Source of the DNA: Felis catus
Lineage: Eukaryota
Assembly: GCF_018350175.1 (NCBI RefSeq)
Contig: NC_058382.1
Span: 60,080,001 to 60,144,000 of the forward strand
DNA length: 64,000 nt
Direction of reading: 5' to 3'
Numbering within the stretch: the stretch's first letter is position 1; each line of letters begins with the position of its first letter. A program made the position numbers and the translations under genes. The notes under the pieces are model-generated. The model saw only the letters and a list, made by a program, of their open reading frames with translations. It ran no database searches and was not told the DNA's origin. This document shows, piece after piece, positions 38,001 through 50,078 of the stretch.

Positions 38001-39914
38001 TCTGGAACGTTTTCGGGCGGGGCTCTCAGCTAAGAACGCCAGCCGTTGCCTTCTCCCCCTCGATTTGCAAATACGGCTTTCATTCTTACGGTTCATCCCA
38101 GCGAATCCCCGAGCCTCTCCCGGACTGTAATGTGGAGCAAGTCGCTCGCCCGCGTGAGTTGCTAGAAACGCGACGAAAGCACCCGTCGGGTGGACAGTCG
38201 CAGACCTCTGAAGGTATCGCGAAGCCTGCTGGTGTGGAGGTGAGGTCCCGTGGGGCCCCCGAGCCCTCGGGAGGTGGTCTGAACTCCACTTGGCACACGC
38301 CAGAGCCCTGTGTTCACAGGGGACGGCGGCCCCCCGGTCCATCCCAGCAGCTGCGCCAGTAGAGGGTGGTGTTTCGTGACCGCGCAGCCGTGACGCGGAA
38401 GCTGGTTGGCGCCCACCTGTGTGAGCTGAGGTCCCCTGGTGCGCTCGGGGCGTCCCGGGGCGGCGTCACAGAGTCACAAAGCACCGCGCGCTGGGGGCTC
38501 AGAGCAGCAGGGAGTCCCCCTTCTCTCCACCCCGGAGGCCAGAAGCCTGCGATTCTGGAGCCGGCCGGCAGCGTGGGACAGCACGGCTCCCGTCACTGCT
38601 CGTGTCCTCCCCGTGGACGCGCTCCTCTCCTCTCCTTGTCAGGACCCCAGTCCCGTGGGATCCCAGCACACCTGCGCCGGCCTTCTTTCCAAGGGAGGTC
38701 ACGTTCTGAGGTTCTGGGAAGGACGTGGATTTCGGAGGACACTTCACGGGGCACAGGGCTCGGGTTCTCCGGAGCTTGATACTCGAACGCGGTGTCTTAC
38801 ACGGCTTCTGGGGGGGGGGGGGGTGCCCGGCACGTGTGTTTGGTAACGCCGAGGCGCCAGAGGGAGTGCAGAGGGGGGCAGGTTTGGTGAGCACAGGTGA
38901 GAAGGTGAACAGTCGGGGCCCTGGCTCACAGGTCGCCCGGACACAGGGCCTTGGGGAGGCCCTCAGCCTTCCTTTCCTGCTTCTCCTCAGTCGGGGCCAT
39001 CACTGCCTGGGGAGCGGGGCTCGCCTGGCTCTGTGGCCTGGACACTGGACAACACACAGTCTGTGGGGAGGTGTGGTGACCCGTCCTCCTCACTCGGGGG
39101 CTAAAGATTTCTGTTGTTTTTCTAGGTCAGTCGCTGTCAAGTGAAGACCAATTCTAAGAAATAAATTTCTGGCACGCAGTCTTCTGTTCTTTCCCCTTGA
39201 ACTTGAGGTTACGTGAGCAGTGATAGTGGTTTTCATTCCTCTGTGGCTGATGAGCCCCATGCCACCCACCGAGGACGTGAGATCGCCAGCTCTGTTTCTT
39301 TTTCTTTCCCACAGTGTGTCTCAGCCCTCTGTGGGGCTCATTGTTGGAGAGCTGGAGTGTGGTTTTATGATTTGAACCACCAGTGTCGGGATGGGCGTTC
39401 CGGGATGTGGGAAGGCACTTAATGGTGACGGAGCTTCAGCTCTTTGGGAGGGAGGGGGTGAGCAGACAGCTTGCCGGGGAAGCAGCAGAAGCAGGCTCAG
39501 AGGGACCGTAATTTTGGGGGGCGGCTGAGAGGGTTTGCCTGCTGAGCACTCTCCCCCAAGATGGTGAGGGGACAAGTGGCTTGCCTTCCGGAGGGGATGA
39601 ACCCCCACAGCTGCCTGGGGACCCCATGTGCTGGGGAAGGCACCGGAAACTGCCTGGAGGTGGCCGCGTCTCCTGCACAGGGTCGCTGCTCACTTTTGTC
39701 CGAGGTCTCCTGTGTGTCCGTGGGTGGGGCCTCGCGTGCTGTGTAGTGCAGGGAGGTGCTCCTGGGGGTTATGTGGCCATTTCTCCTCCACCCGGCTGGG
39801 TGCCGCGAGGCCTGGATGTTAGCCTCTCACTCCCGACAGTTCTACAGGCTCTGAAGCTAGCTTATTGACTGCCTAATTTTCTGCGTTTTTCTTGTGACCA
39901 TCACATGTGAAAGG

Positions 39915-40117
39915 TGTTCATTTATGGGGGTGTGGGGGGAGAGAGAGAGAGAAAGCCCCCACTAGGGAGGGTCAGAGAGAGGGTGAGAGAGAATCCCAAG
40001 CAGGTTCCAAACTGTCAGCACAGAGCCCAGCGTGGGGCTTGGTGTCACAAACTGTGAGATCGTGACCTGAGCCGAAACCAGGAGTCGACACTTAACTACC
40101 TGACGCACCCAGGCGCC
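39915..40117 (-). mobile_element. CanSINE (diverged)
   Basis: gagagaatcccaagcagg...gtgagatcgtgacctgagccgaa...cacccaggcgcc. Confidence 0.85.
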
Positions 40118-42417
40118 TCTCAAAGTAACCTCTTTGTCACTCATCATAAGACGTCTCTTCCACCGTTCGTTCGTTAAGCTGCGGTGCTCCGTGCTGTCCG
40201 AAAAGACAGGTGCGCTTTCGGGAAAGTCGGAGAAAGCCGCATTTCCAGGCAGCACAGAGCGGTCTGAGGCTGCACCCCGACACCTCCGCGAGTCCCCTGA
40301 GGGCAGAGCCGAAGCCTGCATGTGGGCACCTTGGGGCGCACCTTCCCCCTGCGCCCGGTGCTCTCCGCGGGGAGCCGGCTGCACTGCTGACCCGACGGCG
40401 TTCCTGGCGGCAGCGGGGTGGGTGCTGCCGGACTTGCTGTTGGCAGGAATATGCAGCGAGGTCTCCGGAGAATTTAAAAACGACTGCTGTGTAACTATAC
40501 AGACGTATGTTTTTTCTTCAAAGGGTGTAAGCCAGGCTTTCAACTGGTAAATTGGTTTTTACAAAGTGGAACTTAAATGTTAACGTCACACATTCATATG
40601 TGTCGTAAACGTTCATGTCTGTTACCAGGTATTTAAAATTTCAGGCAACGTCATTAGTTCCTAGCAGCATTCGGGAGGCTTCTCCCTGCCTGTGCCGGTG
40701 TGGGGACAGGAGGGTGGGGTTTATTTAGGTCCTCTTACTGAAGCGCATCCCGGGAAGGGCGTTCTGATGGCGCTGGGTTGCCGTTTCCCCTCTCTCGGCA
40801 CCGCTGTCCTCGGCTCTGCCGTGACCTCAAAGTTGGTAACCAGCCCAGAACGTTCGAGTCAATCCCTTGAACTTAAAGCCATCGTGGGGCACGTGGCAGC
40901 CACTCAGTAAATACTGATCGATGATTTGTGGCTGTTTTAGAGGTGACCTGGAAATCAGCAAGCAAGGAGTTGGGCCTCATTTGTGTATTTCCTTCTGTGC
41001 ACGAGGCTTGCAAAATGCAGCTGGAAGTTCCTTGGATTATTTTCCTTTCTGATCCCGTAAATCCTGTGTCTCCTCAACCCAAGGCCTTTTCATCTAGATG
41101 ACAGAAATTTTGGTTGTCGTATTTAGAGTCAGAGGTCTTAAGCACATGCTCGTGAAGTCAAGACGCATCTTTCCGAGAGAAAAGAAACTTGATACTTCTG
41201 TGAATTTAGGAAAATGAGCACTCCCTTTGTTGTGATTGTCTGGCCGGTGGTCTCGGCAGGGGGAGGTCTTAGGGATCAGGTGGCCGTCACGCTCTCCGTG
41301 GACGGTGTAAACGCGGCTTTCCTAGCAGTCAAAACAGGAAGTTTTTCAGCTCCGTCTTTTTATTATGAAAGTTTTGAATTTCATCCACGTGTTTTCCTGT
41401 GAGTCGGCGAAGTTCCGCGAGCCGCTCGAGTGGAGGTCATCCAGTCGAAGAGCGTTTCTTGTGGTTCCCACGGTGGTGACTGACTTCCTGTAGTCTCGGC
41501 AGAGAAGAGGCCAAGGGTCCGGTGAGGGTCTCTGTCGGCCCCCTGTGCCTCAGTGGCCTGCCGGATCCCCCGTTTCCTTGTGGGGGAGGGAGGACCCCGG
41601 TGCCGTTCAGTCACGTTCTGAGAGCGCTCTGTGGCGTAAGTGGTTGACGAGTGTGGGCGTCAGTGAGATGCCCCGCCGGGCCCAGAGGAACGAGGGCAAG
41701 GCCGCATGTGCCTCGGGGAGCGGGGCTGCGGGCTCTCGGGGATAAAGACTGATGTGCCCGCGGGGCGTTTTCCTCCTGACCGGGCGCAGAGGGGAGGGCA
41801 CAGCGAGTCACAGAAGCCGATCTCGGACTCGGGCGGCGACGGAAGAGTGTCTTCAGGTGGATCGTGACCGCGTTTAGTCCAGCAGGGCCGGGGCATCTGC
41901 CGTGTGCCCGGGCGGTCTGGGCTCTTGGCACAGCACACACAGTAACTGTGTCCGTCCTCTAGGTGTCAGCCGGACAGGGTGCGGGTGGGAGGGACTCGGG
42001 CAGGGAGGGACAGCGGGCAGGGCCGCTGAGGTCGAGTCTGAGCCGAGACTGGGGACAAGGGGGACGGCTGCAGGCCCGGAGGCACGGGCGGAGGGGAGCT
42101 GGTGCTTGCGGACGCGGCTCCAGGGCGTCGTGGGCTTCGGTTTTAACCTCGACCTTCAGGCCCCCGAGTGCCGTGTGTGGAGTGTGAGTGGACGTGGTTG
42201 AGCACGGGCGTCCTGGAGGCCCGTGGGGCCCGGCACCCAGCCGGCCGCCTCGTGGACCGGTCAACGCGTGAATGTGTGACGTCACGGGTCCCTGCCGGTG
42301 AGGCTCTCAGCCCCCGGCCACGTGTCGCTGTCCCGTGTTCGTGTGGCTCGCACACGGCCGGGACGTGAGGAGTGGCCTTCGTCTCGCCGTCCTTTAACAC
42401 GGGGTGTGTGCTTTCAG

Positions 42418-42585
42418 GTCACCTTTTCTATAAATTTGGGATCACGGAGTCTGACTGGTATCGAATCAAACAGAGCATCGACTCCAAATGTCGGACAGCC
42501 TGGCGGCGAAAACAGCGAGGCCAGAGCCTGGCCGTCAAGAGCTTCTCGAGGAGAACGCCGTCCTCGTCTTCGTACGGCGCTTCAG
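42418..42585 (+). CDS. BANP: BANP coding exon, 168 nt, C-terminal part of the BEN domain and basic stretch: HLFYKFGITESDWYRIKQSIDSKCRTAWRRKQRGQSLAVKSFSRRTPSSSSYGAS(E)
   Basis: Acceptor gctttcAG (42416-17); donor CAG|GTACGC at 42586; peptide lies within ORF 42372..42710. Confidence 0.95.
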
Positions 42586-45500
42586 GTACGCTCCGTTCGG
42601 AGTCCCGAGTGGTGCGCCCTGGGGGGCTCGGGGGGAGCGGGCCAGCGCCACCCACAGCCCCCCTCAGCGCGGCGACGGGGAGCCCGGCTCCGTGCACGCC
42701 CTTCAGGTGAGTCATCTCGGGACCGCTGTGGGTGCTGCGTGGGGTTCCCTGAGCGGCAGGACGGGGCCGGGTCTGGCGGCGAGCGCCGTGTCCTGTCCTC
42801 CCTCCGCCGGGTTACTGAGCGCGCCGCTGGCTTCTTGTCCTTGCTGGTGTCTGCGTGGAGGGCGCGGACGAGGCGGGGGTCGGCCCGGGTCGTCGTGCTC
42901 ATCGCCGCCGCTCTGAGTTAGACTTCCCCGAAAGAGCACGGGGACATTCCAGATTTTCCCCTCGGGTATCGTGGGAGGACTGGCTTTTCCGAAGCAGAAG
43001 GTTCACCAGGAACGCCACTGTGACTTCGGTGTTGCTTTTTTTAAAGCTTTTTAAAAAAACCTCCACAACGTCTCCCTTGGCCTCGGCTCGTAGAACCGAA
43101 ACCCCGATCGGGGTCGCGGTCAGGACCCCAGGGCAGTGCGGGCAGGGTCAGCCGGATTCTCGTTCCGCGGCACTGTGGCGACAGACCCGGTGGCCCGGCA
43201 TGCTTGCGGGGTCTTGCCTTTCTGAAGCAGACCTCGGGAAGCGGCTTCCCTCTCGTTGTCTCGGTAGCGACTTGCGAGCAATCCCTGACGACGAGGGGCG
43301 GCCACACACGTCGTGCCCCCAAGCCGTGCTTCTCTGAGCGGCAGTATCGAGGGACCTTCCAGCCAGGGATCTAGGCCCTTCTCGCACAACGAGGAATCCT
43401 GTTTGGGGAACTGAGGGAGATAGCGACTGTACGATGTGCTGAAGCGGTGGCCCCCTGAAGAGGTAGCCCGCCTTCGTGGGTCTCGGGTGGGCAGGTGTGG
43501 ACGCCATACACTCGGGGAGGTAGGTTTCAGGTGGGCCCGGGATTGGCCGCCCTCTCCCTGGGGTCCGAGGGACCTAGCACGGAGCTGGCCCGTGGCTAGC
43601 GCTCAGTGTCTGTCCCGAAGGAGCGAGGAGGAAGGGCAAGATGAGGCTTTCTCTGTGGAGACGGCACGGCCCTGGTTCAGGACCCCCGGGCAGCGGCCCG
43701 GAGCCGTGAGTTTCTGACAGGCAGCGGTGGTGCCCTCGGGCCGGCCGGCACCATGCTTGAGGGTGGAAGGTGTTGAGTCCGGTGAGTGGCCGGGCGGGTG
43801 GGCTGGGGGACCCCGACTCTGCTTCCGACCCCCTGATCGGAGACTCGGGGGGTCTTAGCCCTCCTGCTCAGGTGTGATTCCTGCTGTGTGGTGGTGGTGT
43901 TCTGACTTGTTTCATACTTACTTAGGATTTTTCATCTCCCTTCCAGTCAGTAGTGTTCCTTTCAACTAAATGATAGTAGTTCTGTTTACCGAGACAGGAG
44001 TTTCTTCGATTGTTTCTTTGTTTACTAAGCCTGTCAGCATTTCTTCTAAGATGCTTTGGGTTTGAGTAACTCTCAGGTGCTGGCGGCTTCTCGTGGGCGG
44101 TGAGTGGCCACCGTGCGAGGTTGTCTTTACTTCCCGAGTGCCCTGGGCGGGCTTGGCACGCGGGGCGTGAGCCCAGCGTCTCAGGACGCCCTGTCTGGAA
44201 TAGACGGTCTGGGAAACCCCGGCCGCCCGCCGACACCGGTGGCTTTGGAAGAACAACAGTAGCCCCTCGCGTGGCCTCGGCGGCGGCTCCTCTCTCGGGA
44301 GCGTGGCGCACGGGGAGGGGGCAGGGCTGCCCTCGTCTTGCCCTTCCCGGAAGCGGGTGTCATTCCCACGTGAGAAGGCTGCTGCCAGCCCCGGGTGGTG
44401 CGCAGGGAGGAGGAGGAGGAGGAAGAGGACGAGGAGGAGGACGGAGGTGGTGCTCTTAACAAGCCTCGGGAGGGAGACAAGCGCGCGGTTCCTTTCCCGA
44501 GGCCCGTGCGCCCGGGGTGGGTCGAGGAGGCGCTCTGAGCTGCCGTAGCCCGTCCCCGGCTCCTGCTCGCGCCCCGCAGCCGGCCCTTCCCGTGCGGCCC
44601 GCCGGCAGCCAGAGCTGCCTGCCGCGCGCCTGGAATCTCGAGAGAGACCCAGAGCGTGTTTTTCTCTTACCACGCTTTTAAAAAAGTCCATTGCTTTGGA
44701 AGTTCCTGTTGATGTAATTGTTTGCCGTTTCATTATACTGCATGCTTGACTAAATTAGAGAACACCAAGCCGGTGATTAGCTAACGGGACTCTGGCAGGT
44801 TCTCCTTGCTCTGTTTGTACGCTCTCAGCTTCACAAAGCAGATCTGAGACTGAAGGCTATTCTGGTGACGGAAATAATCCGGGAAAACGCAGTTAAGCCA
44901 GGATTCCTGGCTTAATTCGGAATTGGTAGTCATTCCGGCAGGGTTTGTCTTATTTATTTTGGAATTACCAGATAAAAAAGGAATTTCCAAATAAATACTA
45001 TAAAGGAAATTCTGAGCCGAGGCTAGTTTATTTAAAGCTGAATTAGTACCGCCCGTTTGAACACAAACCATACAATCCCTAGTGTCATTGAATTCATAAA
45101 ACACCAATTTATTAAAACATTTGTCTTGTACCGTCCCACCTGGCAACACCGTGGAAACTTTTGTAAGTGCTTAAGTTAAAGGTGGCTGCATTTCACGGTT
45201 TAAACTGCAGCCCGGCGCACTCCCTGCGGGCCTCATCAGTGAGTTGTGGGCCTCGGGAGGGTGTCTGTGCAGCGCCCAATATTTTAGAGCTGCAGAGAAC
45301 CGTTTCGTAACAGTCCACTGCCTGCCCATCTGTGGGTGCAGCAGTCTCTCCTCTGGACAAAGAGGGGAGCCAGGGGTGTGGGGGCTCTTGGAGCGGCCTG
45401 CCTTTCTGTTGCACACTCTTTCCTTTGTATAATTATAGGAGCTGTTGATTAATTGGCAGATTCAAGAATTTGAGTCTTAGGTTTGAAAAGCATTTACTTG

Positions 45501-45879
45501 CTACCCATATGTCCTGTCTTCTGCAGTTACTTTAGAACCTTGGGGTTCTAATTCTTCTTGGATCTCTGGACCCCTTGAGAACTGGCATGATCAGCTGATG
45601 TTTATTGACACTAGAGCAGGAATTATTTGAGCGTCTATTTAGTTAAGTAGTTACAACTAACCTGCAGAGTGGACTCTAAGTGTTTTGGTCACGTACCCTC
45701 TTTAAGAGGTTGGAAAGTGTGTATTCCTCCTTACGTATTTTTAAGTCGACATTTTAAAATGTTGACACCTGAAGCTTTTCATTATACTTTCAAATCATTG
45801 AGAAGGATGTAATTTCTGACATAACGCAAGTATTAACATTTTAACACCATTATATTAGTTTTTAAAATGTAGGCAGCGA

Positions 45880-46100
45880 GGGGCACCTGGGTGGGTCAGT
45901 CGGTTGAGTGTCTGACTTCGTGTCAGGTCATGATCTCATGGTTCAGTTCATGGGGTTGAGGCCTGCATGGGGCTCTGTGCTGACAGCTCAGAGCCTGGAG
46001 CCTGCTTGGGGTTCTGTGTCTCCCTCTCTCTCTGCCCCTCCCCCACTCATGCTCTCGTTCTCTCTCTCTCTCTCTCTCAAAAATAAACATTAAAAAAATA
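45880..46100 (+). mobile_element. CanSINE
   Basis: ggggcacctgggtgggtcagtcggttgag head, (CT)n, aaaataaacattaaaaaaa tail; ttaaaatgt on both flanks. Confidence 0.92.
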
Positions 46101-46866
46101 TTAAAATGTTATGAGGTGGAATGTATATACTGTGTCAATTTAATGCCCATGGAATAGAAGAAAAATATACTCATTTTTCGTCTTTCTTTTTTCTCCTTTG
46201 TGTTAACAGTCCACATCTCGCTGAGTCTCATCCTGTTGTGTTTACGTTTTCTTACTGTCCGTCCACCATAATTCTCTGCGGAAAAATTGTATGCACAAAA
46301 TCAAAACGTTTTTTCTGAGCCTTTAATTTTTTGAGCATTTGAGAATATTCTATTGAGGTATCATTACAACTAAAATTAATACGCAACATGTCAACACAAA
46401 GGTCTCGTTTGGGATTAAACAAAGGAAGTGAAGGTATATTGGAAATGCATCTTTAAACAAGAGGATGGAGAGTTTTTTCCATAGAGGGCTTAATTGTCTG
46501 TGAACAAATACCGATAACGTACCGGTGAGAAGCAGGGTGTAACCCCAACTTTGTGCTTCTGTTTCACTTCTGCTGACGAATCCTGAGCGACTCGTTTAAA
46601 CAAGCAGATGAGACTCCTCTGTCAGAATAGTCCTTCCCCGGACCCCTGTCCCCCGGTCGGAAACCTCGATCCCCAGCACTGACAACTCATGACTCTACAG
46701 GATGCCATGGCCCCTTCACTGGGACCTGCCCACTGCTGTCCGGGAAGGAGGGGTTTCCTTTCCTCTTTGGGGGAAGGTGGTGCTGGGGAGGGAGGGAAGG
46801 CCAGAGGCGTGCCCATGGCTGGCCTGTCCCCCGCTGGTTGCTGAGGCCCTCTGTACTTCCCTGCAG

Positions 46867-46997
46867 AGACCGTGATGAGCACGCCGCCCCCCGCCAGCGA
46901 GATGCCGCAGCCTCCGCCACAGGCCCTGCACTACGCCCTGGCCAACGCCCAGCAGGTCCAGATCCACCAGATCGGAGAGGACGGACAGGTCCAAGTA
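46867..46997 (+). CDS. BANP: BANP coding exon, 131 nt: TVMSTPPPASEMPQPPPQALHYALANAQQVQIHQIGEDGQVQV
   Basis: Acceptor cttccctgcAG (46865-66); donor GTATGT at 46998; phase 1 in, phase 0 out; peptide lies within ORF 46872..47144. Confidence 0.92.
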
Positions 46998-48050
46998 GTA
47001 TGTGCCCTTCTCGCTAGTCTGCCTCCACCGGGGCCAGGGCAGGCAGGGTGGGGGCGTGGCCGGTGGGGCGGGCGGGCCCCGGCTTCCCCTGCGTTTCCGG
47101 GTCGTGCCGTGGTAGCTCGGGGTGAGGTCAGAGCGCCAGTCTAAAGAAGTGGTTCGGGGTGTCGGCTCTGAATCTCCTAAATGAGGGCGGTTCCCGAGGG
47201 GGTGTGTCCTTGTCGGCATCCCCTCGTGGCTCCCTGCACGTGCTGCCCCCGTGGCCGCCGTCAGCTCTGGGGGTCAGGCCATTCGACCATCCCTGCCCTT
47301 ACCTGTCATCCTGGGAGGCGCTGTCGATGCATCATAGATGGTCTTCTCAGTTCGGAAACAGGGGGACCCTTTTCCCGAGGGAAGAAAATTTCCTCCTGGG
47401 GTCAGTGGGAAGAGCTAGTGAGTGGCCTTGGGGATCGCATAGCACTTCCTTTGGATGCCTGGCTGTATCTTAGACTCGTGTGGGCAGTTGGCTTAGCAGT
47501 GAGCCACACCCCTGCCTCAGCCCTCCTTGTGTGGTCTGGCCCAGGTAGAAATTCCTCCAGACTCATGCTGGCCCCTACGTCTGGGGAGAGCAGGAGGGCG
47601 GGAGCGTCACCAGGGAGCGGGATGTTTTCACGCCCCCGGGGTCCCGTTGGCCGTCCAGTCACACCCAGCTGCGTGACCAGGCTTTCTCCTGGAAAGCTCA
47701 GGGTGGCCTCAGTGTGACGTTGCACTCAGCATGCTGCCTGGAAAAGGGCCAGCTTCCAGAAAGTGTTAATGAGCGTTTTTGCGGGGGGGGGGGGGGGGGT
47801 TCTTCATCTTGCAGATGAGATAGATAGCAGTTATAGATGGTGAATAGAAATAGTGAATTCTTTGTTTAGGTGACAATCACAAAGGCAGTTAATTCTTACC
47901 TTTGTAGTAAGAAGGTTCTTGAAAGAAGTCCGGAATAACTTCAGAACAGTTTACACGCAGTAAAATGAAAGCAAGAGAAAATCCTGCAGTGGTGTTGAGC
48001 CACGTTGGCATTTATGGGAATCGTTTATCTGCCTGTGTCTACAAACCTAA

Positions 48051-48242
48051 GTGGCTCAGTCAGTTAAGCGTCTGGCTTTGGCTCCGATCCTGCGGTTTGT
48101 GGGTTTGAGGCCCACATCAGGCTCTACGCTGACAGCTCAGAGCCCGGAGCTGCTTTGGATTCTGTGTCTCCCCCTGTCTGTGCCCCTCCCCTGCTCATGC
48201 TCTGTCTCTCTCAAAAATAAATAAACATTAAAAAAAAAAAAA
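48051..48242 (+). mobile_element. 5'-truncated CanSINE
   Basis: Starts gtggctcagtcagttaagcgtc; A tail ends at 48242. Confidence 0.88.
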
Positions 48243-48583
48243 GTCTAATTTTGTGGGAAACTTCTGTTTCCCTTCTTTTCCAAATGACCCTCGCATTCTT
48301 AGATTTGCCTGTTGGGTAGCAGTTAAAGACTTGACAGATTTTTCCAGGCCCCATTAAGAGTTAGCCATAAAATGTTCTGTACGTGTCACATTCTGACAGT
48401 TTAATTTCAGGAGGCTATTTAATAAGCTTATGCTATGCGTATATTGTACTATTCAGGATTCAGTTGTCCTGGATTGCCAGCAGGTAACCGAAAACAAAAG
48501 TTCCAGAAAGCGCTTCTTGTTTCCTGTGGCTTTGATTTTCTTCTGATGCTCCTTGGTGTGTTCTCTTGTTGCGGATCCCACAG

Positions 48584-48646
48584 GGCCACCTCCATATCGC
48601 ACAGGTGCCACAGGGCGAGCAGGTGCAGATCACGCAAGACAGCGAG
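48584..48646 (+). CDS. BANP: BANP coding exon, 63 nt, phase 0-0: GHLHIAQVPQGEQVQITQDSE
   Basis: Acceptor cccacAG (48582-83); donor GAG|GTGAGT at 48647; matches the recalled BANP Gln-rich region. Confidence 0.9.
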
Positions 48647-50039
48647 GTGAGTGGCGGCCTTCAGAGCTGCCCAGGGCCCACCCAGGGCCCACGGGCTCCT
48701 TCCATGGCGGGAGATGGGTGGGGGGTCCCCGGATGACACGCGCGTCCAGCCGTGGCCACCTGACTCCTGCTTCCTTAGGAGGCGATTGCGCTGGAGGGGA
48801 GGGACCGTGGGGAGAGGGTCTCGGGATGTGTTAGGAGGGAGGTGCTTTCACCTGGAGGCCACGGGCTGCACACGTTCAAGCCTTGTGAGCGGGCCGTGTG
48901 CCAAGGGAAGAGGCGCAGAGGTTCTGAGGGGCAAATAGGGATATGCCGCTGAAGGGGTGCTTGCTTGGTCCCGTGAGAAGCGGGCCTCACGCAGGAGCAC
49001 GGTCCGTTTGCTGACTGGTGGGTGGGCAGGTAAGCAAAGGAGGAAACCCGTACCGGGTGGGGAAGGAAAGGAGAGTGGACACGGGTTGCAGGAGGCCGCG
49101 GGCGGGGTGTTCTCTTGGGGGGGTGGGGAAGGTCCGTTTCGGAGGTGCCGAGGCCCAGCCAGCGGCCCGAGACGGCTGGCAGGATCCTCCACTGTGCAGG
49201 GCGCTTAATTTGCTCGTAGCCTCCAGAAGGAAAATCCATACAGATTTGTTTTAATATTCTTGTTGCTAAAAAAAATCATTAGACTGCTGCTTGGATTTCA
49301 GTTTTTTGATCAACTTTGCCCTTTTGGATTTCATAAACGCCTCCCTATTGTTCATGCGATCCTGCATTTTCTGTTTCTGTTAGGAATTGAGTGCCAGGAA
49401 TTAGAAGAAATTGCTGCTGCCACTAATGGTTACCTCGTAATAAGTTAGAGTATGTGATTAGTTTTATCACAGCAAAGCCTTAGCTTGTTCCTTTAACAAT
49501 TAAATATTTTGTCCCAATGAAGGTATCTGTGAGGACAGTGGCAGAAGAGCCTACCAGACCTAAACCAATCATTTTTTCCCCAAAGACGTGACAGTGCATT
49601 TCCACCTGGTGAGACGCCAGTGGGCCTGCGTCTGGTTGGTTGTGTTTTGTCCCGTGTCTTCCTGTGTCCCCGTCAGGGACGCTGGATGAGGAGAACGCGG
49701 GACCTCTCTGTGCTGCTGTTGGTTCTTGTCATCAGAGTTGTTTTAAAATGAAATGTTCGGGGGAAAAATGACATTTTCATTTGGGGTCAGGATGGGGGGA
49801 GGTGAGCACGACGTCTTTCACAGTTTTTCTTCTTAAAAGAGGAAAAAGTGTCTGTAAACTCAGTTTTAAGATATTTTGTTGTGGAGTTTTTATTGCTACA
49901 AGGGGCTGAACTTTTGTAGAACTGCTGTTAGTGGTTTTGCTGGCTATTCACACGTGGCACGGGGCGCTCCTGCCCCTGTCTCCTCGTGTCTGGAAGTTGT
50001 TCCGGTCCTTGACTTCTCCTTTTTCCACCCATTCTGCAG

Positions 50040-50078
50040 GGCAATCTCCAGATCCACCACGTGGGACAGGACGGGCAG
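50040..50078 (+). CDS. BANP: BANP coding micro-exon, 39 nt, phase 0-0: GNLQIHHVGQDGQ
   Basis: Long pyrimidine tract and ctgcAG (50038-39); donor CAG|GTGAGT at 50079. Confidence 0.92.
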
